Of a stretch of DNA of 64,000 nt, positions 55,892 through 64,000 are shown one piece after another. This stretch comes from Myxococcales bacterium. GTDB taxonomy: Bacteria > Myxococcota_A > Polyangia > Polyangiales > Polyangiaceae. The notes under the pieces were generated by a model, which was not told the origin of the DNA, made no database searches, and was given only the letters and a program-made list of their open reading frames with translations. The stretch covers positions 20,860 through 84,859 of the forward strand of contig JAYTOU010000029.1 in NCBI GenBank assembly GCA_043747615.1, in the 5' to 3' direction. Within the stretch, counting starts at the first letter, position 1; the number at the start of each line of letters is the position of its first letter. The translations under genes and the position numbers were made by a program.

Positions 55892-56895
55892 TGACCCGCC
55901 GGCTCGCCATGGCTCTCGCGCTCGCGGGGGCGGCGCTCGCTAGCTGCAACGCCGTCCTAGGAATCGACGAAGCGAGGCCCTTGGACGCCGGGAGCGACGG
56001 GAGTGTCACCGACGGCGGTCTCGGCGACGTAGTGACTGAGGCGCTCACCGACACGAGCAGCGACGCGGTGGCGAGTGCCTGCGATCCGACAAAGCCGTTC
56101 TCCGCGCCGACTCTGGTGCCGAACGTCAACACGGGCCAAGCGCCACTGAGCGCTCACCTCCTGCCCGACGAGCTCACGATGATTCTCTCCGCGTCCGTCG
56201 TCGGCGGCAGCGATATTTTTTCGTCGACGCGGCCCTCTACGTTGGCCACGTTCGGAGCCCCAGTGTTGCTCGCCGGCGCAAACACGGCTGCAACCCAGGT
56301 CACTCCTTCGCTCATGGGCGACGGGCTCACGATGTATTTCGCGTCGTCGCGTCAACCTCTCAGTGACGGCGGCGCCAACTTCGACATTTACGTAGCTACG
56401 CGCCCCACCGTGACGAGCAGCTTTTTGGCGCCGTTTCCGGTCGACGCTCTCAATGGCCCCCAAGCCGAGGGGAGTCCCTTCGTCGCGACGAACGGCCGCA
56501 CGATCTACTTCACTTCGACGCGCAGCGGATTCAACGCGATCTACCGGTCGAGCCTTCTCCCCGTCGGAGGCACGTTCGACACGCCGACGCCGGCCACCGA
56601 GCTGAACGCCGGGGATGACGGCGCGCCGGTCGTCAGCGCCGACGAGCTCACGATTTTTTTCAGCTCGCGCCGCGGAATGGGCAGCGGCGGCGACGACATC
56701 TGGACTGCCCGGCGAGCCACGACGGCGGGTCCATTCGACGCGCCGACAGTCGTCTCGGAGCTCAACACCCCTGGAAACGACACGCCCGCCTGGGTTTCCG
56801 CCGACCGATGCAGGATCTATCTGGTGAGCGATCGAGCGTCGGACGGCGGTGTTGGACTAGGCACTACGATTTGGCAGGCAGCGCGTCCGAAGTGA
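55891..56895 (+). CDS. lipoprotein with PD40/WD40-like beta-propeller repeats
   Basis: TGATG overlap; LAS-CNAVLGIDEA; repeats PSLMGDGLTMYFASSR, PVVSADELTIFFSSRR..DDIWTARR. Confidence 0.82.
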   Translation: MTRRLAMALALAGAALASCNAVLGIDEARPLDAGSDGSVTDGGLGDVVTEALTDTSSDAVASACDPTKPFSAPTLVPNVNTGQAPLSAHLLPDELTMILSASVVGGSDIFSSTRPSTLATFGAPVLLAGANTAATQVTPSLMGDGLTMYFASSRQPLSDGGANFDIYVATRPTVTSSFLAPFPVDALNGPQAEGSPFVATNGRTIYFTSTRSGFNAIYRSSLLPVGGTFDTPTPATELNAGDDGAPVVSADELTIFFSSRRGMGSGGDDIWTARRATTAGPFDAPTVVSELNTPGNDTPAWVSADRCRIYLVSDRASDGGVGLGTTIWQAARPK

Positions 56896-56911
56896 CCGCT
56901 GCGTAGGTTCT

Positions 56912-58390
56912 CTAATTCGGCGTGCCAGGGATGTTCGCCGACGGAGCGCTCATTCCCACGGCGTTGCTTGCGGTGACGGAGATGTTGTAGACGACGCCGC
57001 TCGCCAGTCCCGTGATGGTGCACGACGTCGCGCCGCCCGTGACGCACGTTTTCATGGCGTGGCTCACGGCGCTGGCCGAGGCAGTGTAGCCGAGGATCGC
57101 CGAGCTTCCGGCGCTCGGCGCGGTCCAGGTGACGGCGAGCTCGCCGAGGCCGACGGAGGTAATCTTTCGGATCCTGTTGTTGTTCGAGTCACCGACGTAG
57201 ACGTTACGTGCGGCGTCGACGGCGATACCCTCCGGACTGTTGAACTCCGCAGTGGCTGACGCGCCATCGGCGAACGCCGCGGTTCCCGAGCCTGCCAGCG
57301 TCGTAACCACGCCTGCGGCCGACACGACGCGGATCGTTTGGTGGTCTGTGTCCGCGACGTAGGCGTTGAGGGAAGCGTCCAACGCGATGCCATCGGGGTG
57401 GGCGAACGTCGCCGCGGCTCCGATACCGTCGGTGAGCGGGTTGGACGCGCTCGAGCCCGCGAGCGTCGACACCATACCCGAAGCCGTCATCTTGCGGATT
57501 CGTTGATTGCTCGAGTCCGCGACCCAGACGTTGCCGCCGTCCACCGCGATCCCGAACAGATAATTGAAGCTGGCAGCAGTCCCGGTGCCATCGGCAAATG
57601 TCGCCGTCCCTGACCCAGCGAGCGTCGTCACCACGCCCGCGGGCGAAACGAAACGGAGGCGCTGGTTGGTCTGGTCCGCGACGTAGACGTTGCCGCTGCC
57701 GTCCACGGCGACGGCGCTGGGGCCGCTGAAATCCGCTCCGGCACCCGTCCCGTCGTTGTACGCTGGAGTGCCCGATCCGGCGAGTGTCGTCACCACGCCC
57801 GCCGGTGTGACCTTGCGAATACGCTGGTTGCCGCCGTCAGCGACGTAGACGTTCCCGGCAAGATCGACGGCGACGCCAAGGGGGATGAAGAAGCTCGCCG
57901 TTGCGCCGGTGCCGTCCGCGAACGTGGCCGTGCCCGAACCCGCGAGGGTCGTCACGACGCCCGCCGGGGTCACCTTGCGAATGCGGTGGTTGCCCGTGTC
58001 GGCGACGTAGACGTTTCCCGTGGCGTCGACTGCGAGACCAACCGGATTGTTGAAGCTCGCGGCGGCGCCCGTACCGTCGGCGAACGTGGCGGTGCCGGAA
58101 CCCGCGAGCGTCGAGACGGTGCTGACGATGGCGACTGGTGCTGCAGTTGCGCCCGACGGGGCGCCGGGGACGTCTCGCGCTGCGTCGCCTGCGGCCGCGT
58201 CGCCGCCGGTCACCGTGTCGGCGCCTTGCATCGCGTCGGTGGCGGCATCGCCCCGGAGATCTGGGAGGCCTGCAGAGCTACTCCCGCAGGCGAAAAAACC
58301 GACCGCCGGAAAAACGAGGAATGCGGCCGAAACCGCAGTGCGCGACACACCAAGTCGATGGAAGCCAAGACGAGAATTTAGATTTCGCAT
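56912..58390 (-). CDS. lipoprotein with six NHL repeats and an FN3 domain
   Basis: FFA-C; six repeats of VTTLAGSG..DG..A.F..P.G.AVD..GNVYVAD..N.RIRK; FN3 VTWTAP..GYT..TITGL..Y..SVTA.NAVG.S.PS. Confidence 0.9.
   Translation of the reverse strand: MRNLNSRLGFHRLGVSRTAVSAAFLVFPAVGFFACGSSSAGLPDLRGDAATDAMQGADTVTGGDAAAGDAARDVPGAPSGATAAPVAIVSTVSTLAGSGTATFADGTGAAASFNNPVGLAVDATGNVYVADTGNHRIRKVTPAGVVTTLAGSGTATFADGTGATASFFIPLGVAVDLAGNVYVADGGNQRIRKVTPAGVVTTLAGSGTPAYNDGTGAGADFSGPSAVAVDGSGNVYVADQTNQRLRFVSPAGVVTTLAGSGTATFADGTGTAASFNYLFGIAVDGGNVWVADSSNQRIRKMTASGMVSTLAGSSASNPLTDGIGAAATFAHPDGIALDASLNAYVADTDHQTIRVVSAAGVVTTLAGSGTAAFADGASATAEFNSPEGIAVDAARNVYVGDSNNNRIRKITSVGLGELAVTWTAPSAGSSAILGYTASASAVSHAMKTCVTGGATSCTITGLASGVVYNISVTASNAVGMSAPSANIPGTPN
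57155..58126 (-). repeat. intragenic tandem NHL repeats (6 x about 54 aa; bounds approximate)
   Basis: Repeated protein units are visible; DNA similarity between units is partial. Confidence 0.8.
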
Positions 58391-58468
58391 CTCCGGAGGA
58401 TACCAGCATTTCGAAGCTCAAGCGTCTCGAACGCCTGTGAGAACGACCCGGACCTTGACCTGCTTTTC

Positions 58469-60394
58469 TCAGCGATCTGAGGAGAGCACCGTCAAACGAA
58501 CGCGGACGCGATCCGCCTCTTCGAGCTTGAGCGCTGACTCCGGCATGACGATGCTGCCGAGGGCGGGGCTGAGCGGAAGCACTTGATCTTTCGCGTACAC
58601 CGGGTGGCGCCCCTTGACGCGGTTCCACTCGGCAACCGAGGCGTTGGCTTTCATCTTCTCGATGATGCTTCGCCAGCCGACGCCCGTATTGTACGCGCAG
58701 AAGCTGATCTCTCCCATCTGCGTGCCGTAGGGGATGATGCACATTTCCGTGCGGCGAAAATCGTAGTTGAAGAGATCCTGAAACCACATGCCCGCGATGA
58801 AGAGCGCGCGCCACTCGAACTCGGCCGAGTCCGAGTCGTACTGCCCGATCTTCTTTCCACGGTTCCCGGTCTGGCTCATGAACTGCTTGAGAAGATGGAA
58901 AAACGTGAAGCCGCGCGGCGCGGTGTCGGGGTTGAAATTCTTGAACAGCGCGAGGGTGAGCTCTGCGATGGTCACCGCCCGGCCTTGAGCGGCGTCGGTG
59001 ATCTCCTGCACGTCGAGAAGAAGCTGATCGAGGTCGAGGAATGCGTTCATCGGCACCATCTCCTTCGTTCGCTTGTTCACGAAGAGGACCGTGCCGATGC
59101 CGCAGTTCGGATGGCACCCGCATTTCATCGAGCCCCAGTCGGCGTTTTCGCCCATCAGGGTGTCGGTGAGATCGCTGAAGGGGCCGAGGGCGGAGAGCGG
59201 AAACCAGTCACGGAGCGGTTCGGTCTTTCCAGTCTGGGTTTTTACGTCGTGGGCAAGATGGCTCAGGGTGTAGCGCTGCATCTTGCGCAGCTCCGGCGTC
59301 ACGTCTTCGTCGCGGCCAGTGAAGCTCACGGGCTGGAAGCTGACGACCGTGACCTTGTCGGCGTTGGCGATCGCGAAATCGATGATCGGGCCGACCTGAT
59401 CGTTGTTGAGACCGTTCACGACCGTGACCACCAGGACGACGTCGATCCCCGCGGCGTGGAGATTCTCGATGGCGCGGAGCTTCACGTCGAAGAGGTTGCC
59501 CACCTTGCGGTGCGAGTTGGCAGCGTTCGTCACGCCGTCGAACTGCAGGTACGCCAGACGGAGCCCCGCCGCTTTTGCTTCCTGCGCGAAGTCCGGATCT
59601 TGAGCGAAACGCACTCCATTGGTTGCGCACTGCACACAAAAATAACCGACGTCTTTCGCGTAGCGGATGGCCTGGATGAAGTGCGGAGAGAGAGACGGCT
59701 CACCCCCCGAGAACTGGACGCTCATCTGCCGCCGCGGCTCGATGGTCAGGGAATCGTCGAGGATCTTCTTCACCTCGTCCCACTCGAGCTCGTGCACGTA
59801 ACCGACCTGATTCGCATCCATGAAGCAGGGATCGCACATCATGTTGCAGCGGTTCGTGAGGTCCACGGTGAGCACGCTCCCACGCCCGTATTTCACGCTC
59901 GACGTGCCGTGGTCGCGGAGCTTGGAGAGCGGCGCCAAGAAATCGCGTCCCGGATAAAGCTTCTCGATCCGCTCCATGAACGCGGGGTCGATGCTCATCA
60001 CGTCTTCGAAGTGCCCGTGCTTCGGACAGTCCTTGATCATTCGAATTTCGCCATCTTGCTCGACGATCTTTGCCCGGATTTCTCCGGGCTTTCCGTCGAT
60101 CAGTGTGGAGAGGGCGCGCTCCCCGGAGAGGACGGCGGTGCGCACTTCCTTCACGCACGTGGGGCACAGCGAGTCGGTCTCACGCGGCCAACCCAGCTGC
60201 GGAAACGTGCGCTCGCGGCGCTTGAGCAGTGGCTCCGGCGCCCACTTCGGCTGAACGGACGGCCGCTCGAACAGATCGTTCATCTTCTGCACGAATGGCC
60301 AGGCCGACCGCGCCACGCCAACAAGAACGCGCTCCGCACCCCGCGTCACGGCATCGAACACCTGAGATGAAGAAGAAGACGACGGCTCTTTCAT
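58469..60394 (-). CDS. radical SAM enzyme of the Tes/GDGT-MAS (MJ0619) family
   Basis: SLCPTC..KDCPKHG, DLTNRCNMMCDPCF, FSGGEP, ATNG, YLQFDG, FQPVSFTGR, CHPNCG, GMWFQDLFNYDFRR..CIIPY..ISFCAYN. Confidence 0.8.
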   Translation of the reverse strand: MKEPSSSSSSQVFDAVTRGAERVLVGVARSAWPFVQKMNDLFERPSVQPKWAPEPLLKRRERTFPQLGWPRETDSLCPTCVKEVRTAVLSGERALSTLIDGKPGEIRAKIVEQDGEIRMIKDCPKHGHFEDVMSIDPAFMERIEKLYPGRDFLAPLSKLRDHGTSSVKYGRGSVLTVDLTNRCNMMCDPCFMDANQVGYVHELEWDEVKKILDDSLTIEPRRQMSVQFSGGEPSLSPHFIQAIRYAKDVGYFCVQCATNGVRFAQDPDFAQEAKAAGLRLAYLQFDGVTNAANSHRKVGNLFDVKLRAIENLHAAGIDVVLVVTVVNGLNNDQVGPIIDFAIANADKVTVVSFQPVSFTGRDEDVTPELRKMQRYTLSHLAHDVKTQTGKTEPLRDWFPLSALGPFSDLTDTLMGENADWGSMKCGCHPNCGIGTVLFVNKRTKEMVPMNAFLDLDQLLLDVQEITDAAQGRAVTIAELTLALFKNFNPDTAPRGFTFFHLLKQFMSQTGNRGKKIGQYDSDSAEFEWRALFIAGMWFQDLFNYDFRRTEMCIIPYGTQMGEISFCAYNTGVGWRSIIEKMKANASVAEWNRVKGRHPVYAKDQVLPLSPALGSIVMPESALKLEEADRVRVRLTVLSSDR

Positions 60395-60428
60395 GCAATA
60401 AGGGCAAGCCTAGTACACTTGGCGCCAT

Positions 60429-60842
60429 ATGAAAGCCTTCACCGAGTACCTCACGATGCACACGCAACGCTCGAAGGAGCTGGTTCATCTGACGCCGCGA
60501 CTCGATCAGATCCTCGCGAAGAGCAAAATCGTGGACGGCTTCATGTTGGTGAGCGCGATGCACATCACCGCCGGCGTCTTCGTGAACGACAATGAATCCG
60601 GCTTGCATGAAGACATCTGGCGCTGGCTCGAGGAGCTTGCCCCCCACGGCCCCGATTACGCGCATCACAAGACCGGCGAGGACAACGGCGACGCGCACCT
60701 GAAGTCGCTCCTCGTGCATCACGAAGTAACGATCCCGATCACGAAGGGCAAGCTCGATTTCGGTCCGTGGCAGCAGGTCTTCTACGCCGAATTCGACGGG
60801 CAGCGCGACAAACGGGTCATCGTGAAAATCATCGGCATTTGA
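60429..60842 (+). CDS. yjbQ: YjbQ/UPF0047 family protein
   Basis: [41 protein letters not shown]. Confidence 0.92.
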   Translation: MKAFTEYLTMHTQRSKELVHLTPRLDQILAKSKIVDGFMLVSAMHITAGVFVNDNESGLHEDIWRWLEELAPHGPDYAHHKTGEDNGDAHLKSLLVHHEVTIPITKGKLDFGPWQQVFYAEFDGQRDKRVIVKIIGI

Positions 60843-60844
60843 CG

Positions 60845-62140
60845 ATGAAATGGTTCGTGTTAGGCGTCGCGCTCGCGGGCTGCGCAGCGGCGGCCCCGGC
60901 AGCGAAGGTCGCCTCTCCGGTGGCGGACACGTCGGCGGCGAACGCGGAGCGTCTTCAGCGAGACGAAGCCGCGCTCCTCCTGGCGCTCAGCACGATCGAT
61001 CCTCGTCTTGCGCTCCGCTTCGGTACGAATCCATCCGAGGCCGACCTCAGCAAGACGGCGATGAGCGCGGTGATCGCGGGGGACACGTCGCTCGTCGTGC
61101 ACGAGGGCGCGCTCGATGTGTTCTCCTTCGAGTCGCGTGCGCGTGGGCTCGAGGCGGCAGCGAAGACCGCCGACGGATGGACCTACCCGCTCTCGGGTGA
61201 CGCGAGCCTCGAGCGAGATCTGCTGAAGCGGCTGATCTCCGAGGAAAAAGCTCGATTGAGCACGGAGAAAAAGCTCCCCGCGTCGGCGAGCGAGCTCGTT
61301 CGGGGTCTCGTCGCCACGTGGTCGGAGGCAGCGACCCCCGAGGCTCTCAAAGGAAAAGACGGCTGGCTGATGCGGCGCGTAGACGACGTGCGCGAATCGC
61401 TGAAAAGCGACGTCCTCACCACCATCGAGCTGAACGAGCTCGACGACGCCCTCGATCCGCTGGAGCGGCTGACCGTCGGCTACAGCGATACCGCCGCGGC
61501 GCTCGCCCGTCTTCGCATTGCGCTCTCTCAGCTCCACCCCGCCACGTCATCCTTGACGACGTGGAGTGACGTTCAGAACGCGGTCGTCGCGCACCTGGGG
61601 GTGAAGCTCGAGCTCGCGGCGTTGCGCAAGGACCTCGAGCGTGTCCGCCTTGAGCTGCGCGCAGCCCCTCGAACGCCCGAGGTTCCGACGGGAGCCACGG
61701 AGCGCCGCGTGCTCGTCGACGGCAAGTGTGGCGGCCCGGCGGGCGTTCGTTCGTTCGGCCCCTCGCCGGAGCGCGCGCCGATCTGCGGCTTCCTCGAAGC
61801 TGTTCTCAGCGGCGATGTGTCGTCACTCGCCGACGACGTCACGGTGGCGCTTTGGGCGCTCGCGATCCATGGCGAGAGGCTCGATCCGAAACGCGCGACG
61901 GAGAAGTACCGCCTGGAAAGCGGCATCCCGTTGGATCGCGAGGCGCGACTCGTTCGCCGCGCGGTGGTTCGTCCGGTGAGCGCGCTCGGCGTAGGTTGGG
62001 CCGCCACGCTTCTCGTTCGAGAGAACAAGCCTCAAATCGATCTAGCCAAGCTCTGGTTCGCCTTTGGAGACGCGCCCCTCGACGTGATCGCCGCTCAATT
62101 TACTTTCGCGCGTGGGCCGCGAGCTTTTCCTCGACCATGA
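60845..62140 (+). CDS. hypothetical helical lipoprotein
   Basis: ATG 60845; MKWFVLGVALAG-C; 3' end overlaps the convergent dehydrogenase gene by 41 nt. Confidence 0.7.
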   Translation: MKWFVLGVALAGCAAAAPAAKVASPVADTSAANAERLQRDEAALLLALSTIDPRLALRFGTNPSEADLSKTAMSAVIAGDTSLVVHEGALDVFSFESRARGLEAAAKTADGWTYPLSGDASLERDLLKRLISEEKARLSTEKKLPASASELVRGLVATWSEAATPEALKGKDGWLMRRVDDVRESLKSDVLTTIELNELDDALDPLERLTVGYSDTAAALARLRIALSQLHPATSSLTTWSDVQNAVVAHLGVKLELAALRKDLERVRLELRAAPRTPEVPTGATERRVLVDGKCGGPAGVRSFGPSPERAPICGFLEAVLSGDVSSLADDVTVALWALAIHGERLDPKRATEKYRLESGIPLDREARLVRRAVVRPVSALGVGWAATLLVRENKPQIDLAKLWFAFGDAPLDVIAAQFTFARGPRAFPRP

Positions 62141-63149
62141 TGTCCGCCACTCGGTAGGTCGGGGCGTTCAGCTTCGCGCTCCGCTCGGCGATATCGAGGA
62201 TGGTGTCGTAGATTTTCATCGTTCCGGCTCGCGCGAGCGTGGCGTCGTAACCAATGACTTCCTGGGCGACGTTGACGAGGCCGCCGGCGTTGATGGCGTA
62301 GTCGGGCGCGTACACGATGCCGCGCGCGTGGAGGTCGTCGCCGTGACGGGGCTCGGCGAGCTGGTTGTTCGCTGCTCCGGCCACGATCTTCGCCTTGAGG
62401 TGCGGGATGGTGGTGTCGTTCAGGGCGGAGCCGAGCGCGCACGGCGCGATGACGTCGCAGTCCACGGTGAAAATTTTGTCGAGCTGGACGATCTGCGCTC
62501 CGAAGTCGCGGTGCGCACGCTCGCTCTTCAGCGGGTCCACGTCGGCCACCGAAAGTTTCGCGCCCGCCGCGTGAAGCTCTTTGCAGAGGTGATAGCCGAC
62601 GTGCCCGACGCCCTGGACGGCGACGTGCACCCCCTCGAGAGAGCTCTTTTTCAGCTTGAACTGCACACACGCCTCGATGCCGCGGCGAACGCCGAGCGCG
62701 GTGAACGGCGAAGGATCGCCCGAGCCGCCGTGCGCCACCTCGACTCCGGTGACGTTCTTGGTAACCGTGCGAATGACCTCCATGTCCTCGAGGCCCGTGC
62801 CGCTGTCTTCGGCCGTGATGTAGTGGCCGCCGAGGTCGTTGATGAATTTTCCGAACGCGCGAAAGAGGGCCACGCGATCGAAGTTGTTCTTCGGGCGGAT
62901 GAGGACGCTCTTTCCGCCGCCGTGGGCGAGCCCGGCCAGGGCCGCTTTGTAGGTCATTCCGCGGGCGAGTCGGAGCGCGTCGATCAGCGCGTCTTCATCG
63001 CTGTCGTACGGCAAGAAGCGGCAGCCCCCGAGTGCAGGACCGAGACGCGAGTCGTGGATGGCGACGATGGCGCTGAGCTGCGTCGACTTGTCGAACTTGA
63101 AGTGAACCTCGCCGTAATCGTGCGAGCGAAGATTGCCGAAGACACCCAT
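62100..63149 (-). CDS. leucine dehydrogenase (Glu/Leu/Phe/Val dehydrogenase family)
   Basis: LGPALGGCR, RLARGMTYK, GGGK, YITAEDSG, GDPSPFTALGV, VQGVGHVG, GAANNQL, APDYAINAGG; TGATG overlap with the upstream gene. Confidence 0.93.
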   Translation of the reverse strand: MGVFGNLRSHDYGEVHFKFDKSTQLSAIVAIHDSRLGPALGGCRFLPYDSDEDALIDALRLARGMTYKAALAGLAHGGGKSVLIRPKNNFDRVALFRAFGKFINDLGGHYITAEDSGTGLEDMEVIRTVTKNVTGVEVAHGGSGDPSPFTALGVRRGIEACVQFKLKKSSLEGVHVAVQGVGHVGYHLCKELHAAGAKLSVADVDPLKSERAHRDFGAQIVQLDKIFTVDCDVIAPCALGSALNDTTIPHLKAKIVAGAANNQLAEPRHGDDLHARGIVYAPDYAINAGGLVNVAQEVIGYDATLARAGTMKIYDTILDIAERSAKLNAPTYRVADIMVEEKLAAHARK

Positions 63150-64000
63150 CACGGATGGCCAGGAGGCATACCGCCCATTCCCGGCGGCATTCCCATTCCG
63201 CCCATGCCCGGCATGCCGTGGGGCGGCATCATCGCCGGTCCCGCGTCTTTCGGCGCACCGGCGTCGAGCGCACGCTGGAACTTTTGGGTGTCGGCCATCG
63301 CCCAATCAACGGCGCCGGAGGTGATCTGGTAGATCGTCGGATCGCCTTCTTTTTGAGCGTAACGGTTCGTTCCCGCGGCAGGCTTGCCCACGCCAAGAAC
63401 GTACTTTCCGGCGTTGTCCTTGAGGGAGATCGTCACCGTCGCTTCGGGAGCGTCGAGGCCCGTTTCGCTAGGTGGCTTGCCGTCGCCGAAGTCTTCGGCG
63501 TTGAGTGACTTGAACGTGCCGAGCGCCGACTTGATCTTGTCTTCGTCCAAGCGGTCGATGGCCTTGCCCTTCGCCGTGCCCGCCCACTTGTCACCCTTGG
63601 TGAACGACAAGAGGCTGTCTTTTTTGCTGATGGTGATCGAGGTCACGTTCGCGTCGTCGAACTTGAAGATCTCCGTGTCGCGCCAGGCCTTCAGCTCCTT
63701 CGCGTAGAGGTAGCTCGAGTACCCCGACGAGACGTAGAGGGCGGGCTTGTCGCCGACCATCACGATCTGACCGCGTCCACCCTGTTTGCCGAAGACGTCG
63801 TCGACTTTCTTGTCGGCGCCCTTGAAGCCGATCACGTGCACGCCGTGCGCAGCGTCGAGCTGGTAGCTCTTCTTCACGTCGTCGGTCGCCGCGGGGTCGA
63901 CGAGGTCCGTGACCTTGAGCTCCTTCATGTTGTCGAGCATCGACTTGACGGCGCCCTGGTTCGCGAGGGCATTCACCGGCTTGGTGACCATCCACTTGTC
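63149..64000 (-). CDS. DUF4340-domain protein, 3' part (runs off the right edge)
   Basis: WMVTKPV..A, WRDTEIF.FD..VTSITI, ETGLDAPEATVTI, YAQKEG.PTIY; G/M/P-rich tail. Confidence 0.75.
   Translation of the reverse strand, partial: DKWMVTKPVNALANQGAVKSMLDNMKELKVTDLVDPAATDDVKKSYQLDAAHGVHVIGFKGADKKVDDVFGKQGGRGQIVMVGDKPALYVSSGYSSYLYAKELKAWRDTEIFKFDDANVTSITISKKDSLLSFTKGDKWAGTAKGKAIDRLDEDKIKSALGTFKSLNAEDFGDGKPPSETGLDAPEATVTISLKDNAGKYVLGVGKPAAGTNRYAQKEGDPTIYQITSGAVDWAMADTQKFQRALDAGAPKDAGPAMMPPHGMPGMGGMGMPPGMGGMPPGHP

Noticed and set aside
57155..58126. Periodic repeats as a possible CRISPR array or non-coding repeat
   Set aside because: Repeats are degenerate, in frame and encode NHL blades; there is no repeat-spacer structure and no cas gene.
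58583..60370. 595-aa plus-strand ORF
   Set aside because: Antisense shadow of the radical SAM gene; no motifs; such ORFs are expected at high GC.
62112..63332. 406-aa plus-strand ORF
   Set aside because: Antisense shadow of the leucine dehydrogenase gene.
1..64000. tRNA, rRNA, transposase, integrase, prophage or defence genes
   Set aside because: None recognised; intergenic gaps are short. A covariance-model scan would be needed to exclude small RNAs.

Overview
High-GC, gene-dense chromosomal window with about 60 CDS and no rRNA, tRNA, CRISPR array or mobile element that I could detect. The gene content points to a myxobacterium, probably Polyangiales (Sorangium/Labilithrix-like); this is an inference from a triple bactofilin operon, a TIGR04551-type barrel, a Ser/Thr kinase-TPR/PEGA-lipoprotein module and many Cys-rich lipoproteins. 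The housekeeping backbone includes pyrE, proC, coaX, queE, fbp/fbaB, an RseP-family protease, leucine dehydrogenase, a PSRP regulator and an RpoH-family sigma factor. The most striking locus is 12.5-20.9 kb: a tightly coupled seven-gene leftward operon (lipoprotein, lipoprotein alpha/beta hydrolase, TIGR04551 outer-membrane barrel, paralogous lipoprotein, 93-aa mini-PhaE, acyl-CoA ligase, class III-like PhaC) divergent from phaR and a phasin-like gene. Three PhaR-box-like TGCA-N-YGCA sites flank two TTGACT-N16 promoters, and no phaA/phaB is present in the window. This suggests an envelope-linked ester/lipid scavenging route into PHA. Other highlights are a tetraether-synthase (Tes/MJ0619)-family radical SAM enzyme, an FN3 domain split by an inserted six-bladed NHL propeller, a GT2 plus three GT-C-like glycosylation cluster, a decayed aspartic-protease duplicate, and leaderless-type promoters. 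All family assignments come from motif recognition by eye, not database searches.
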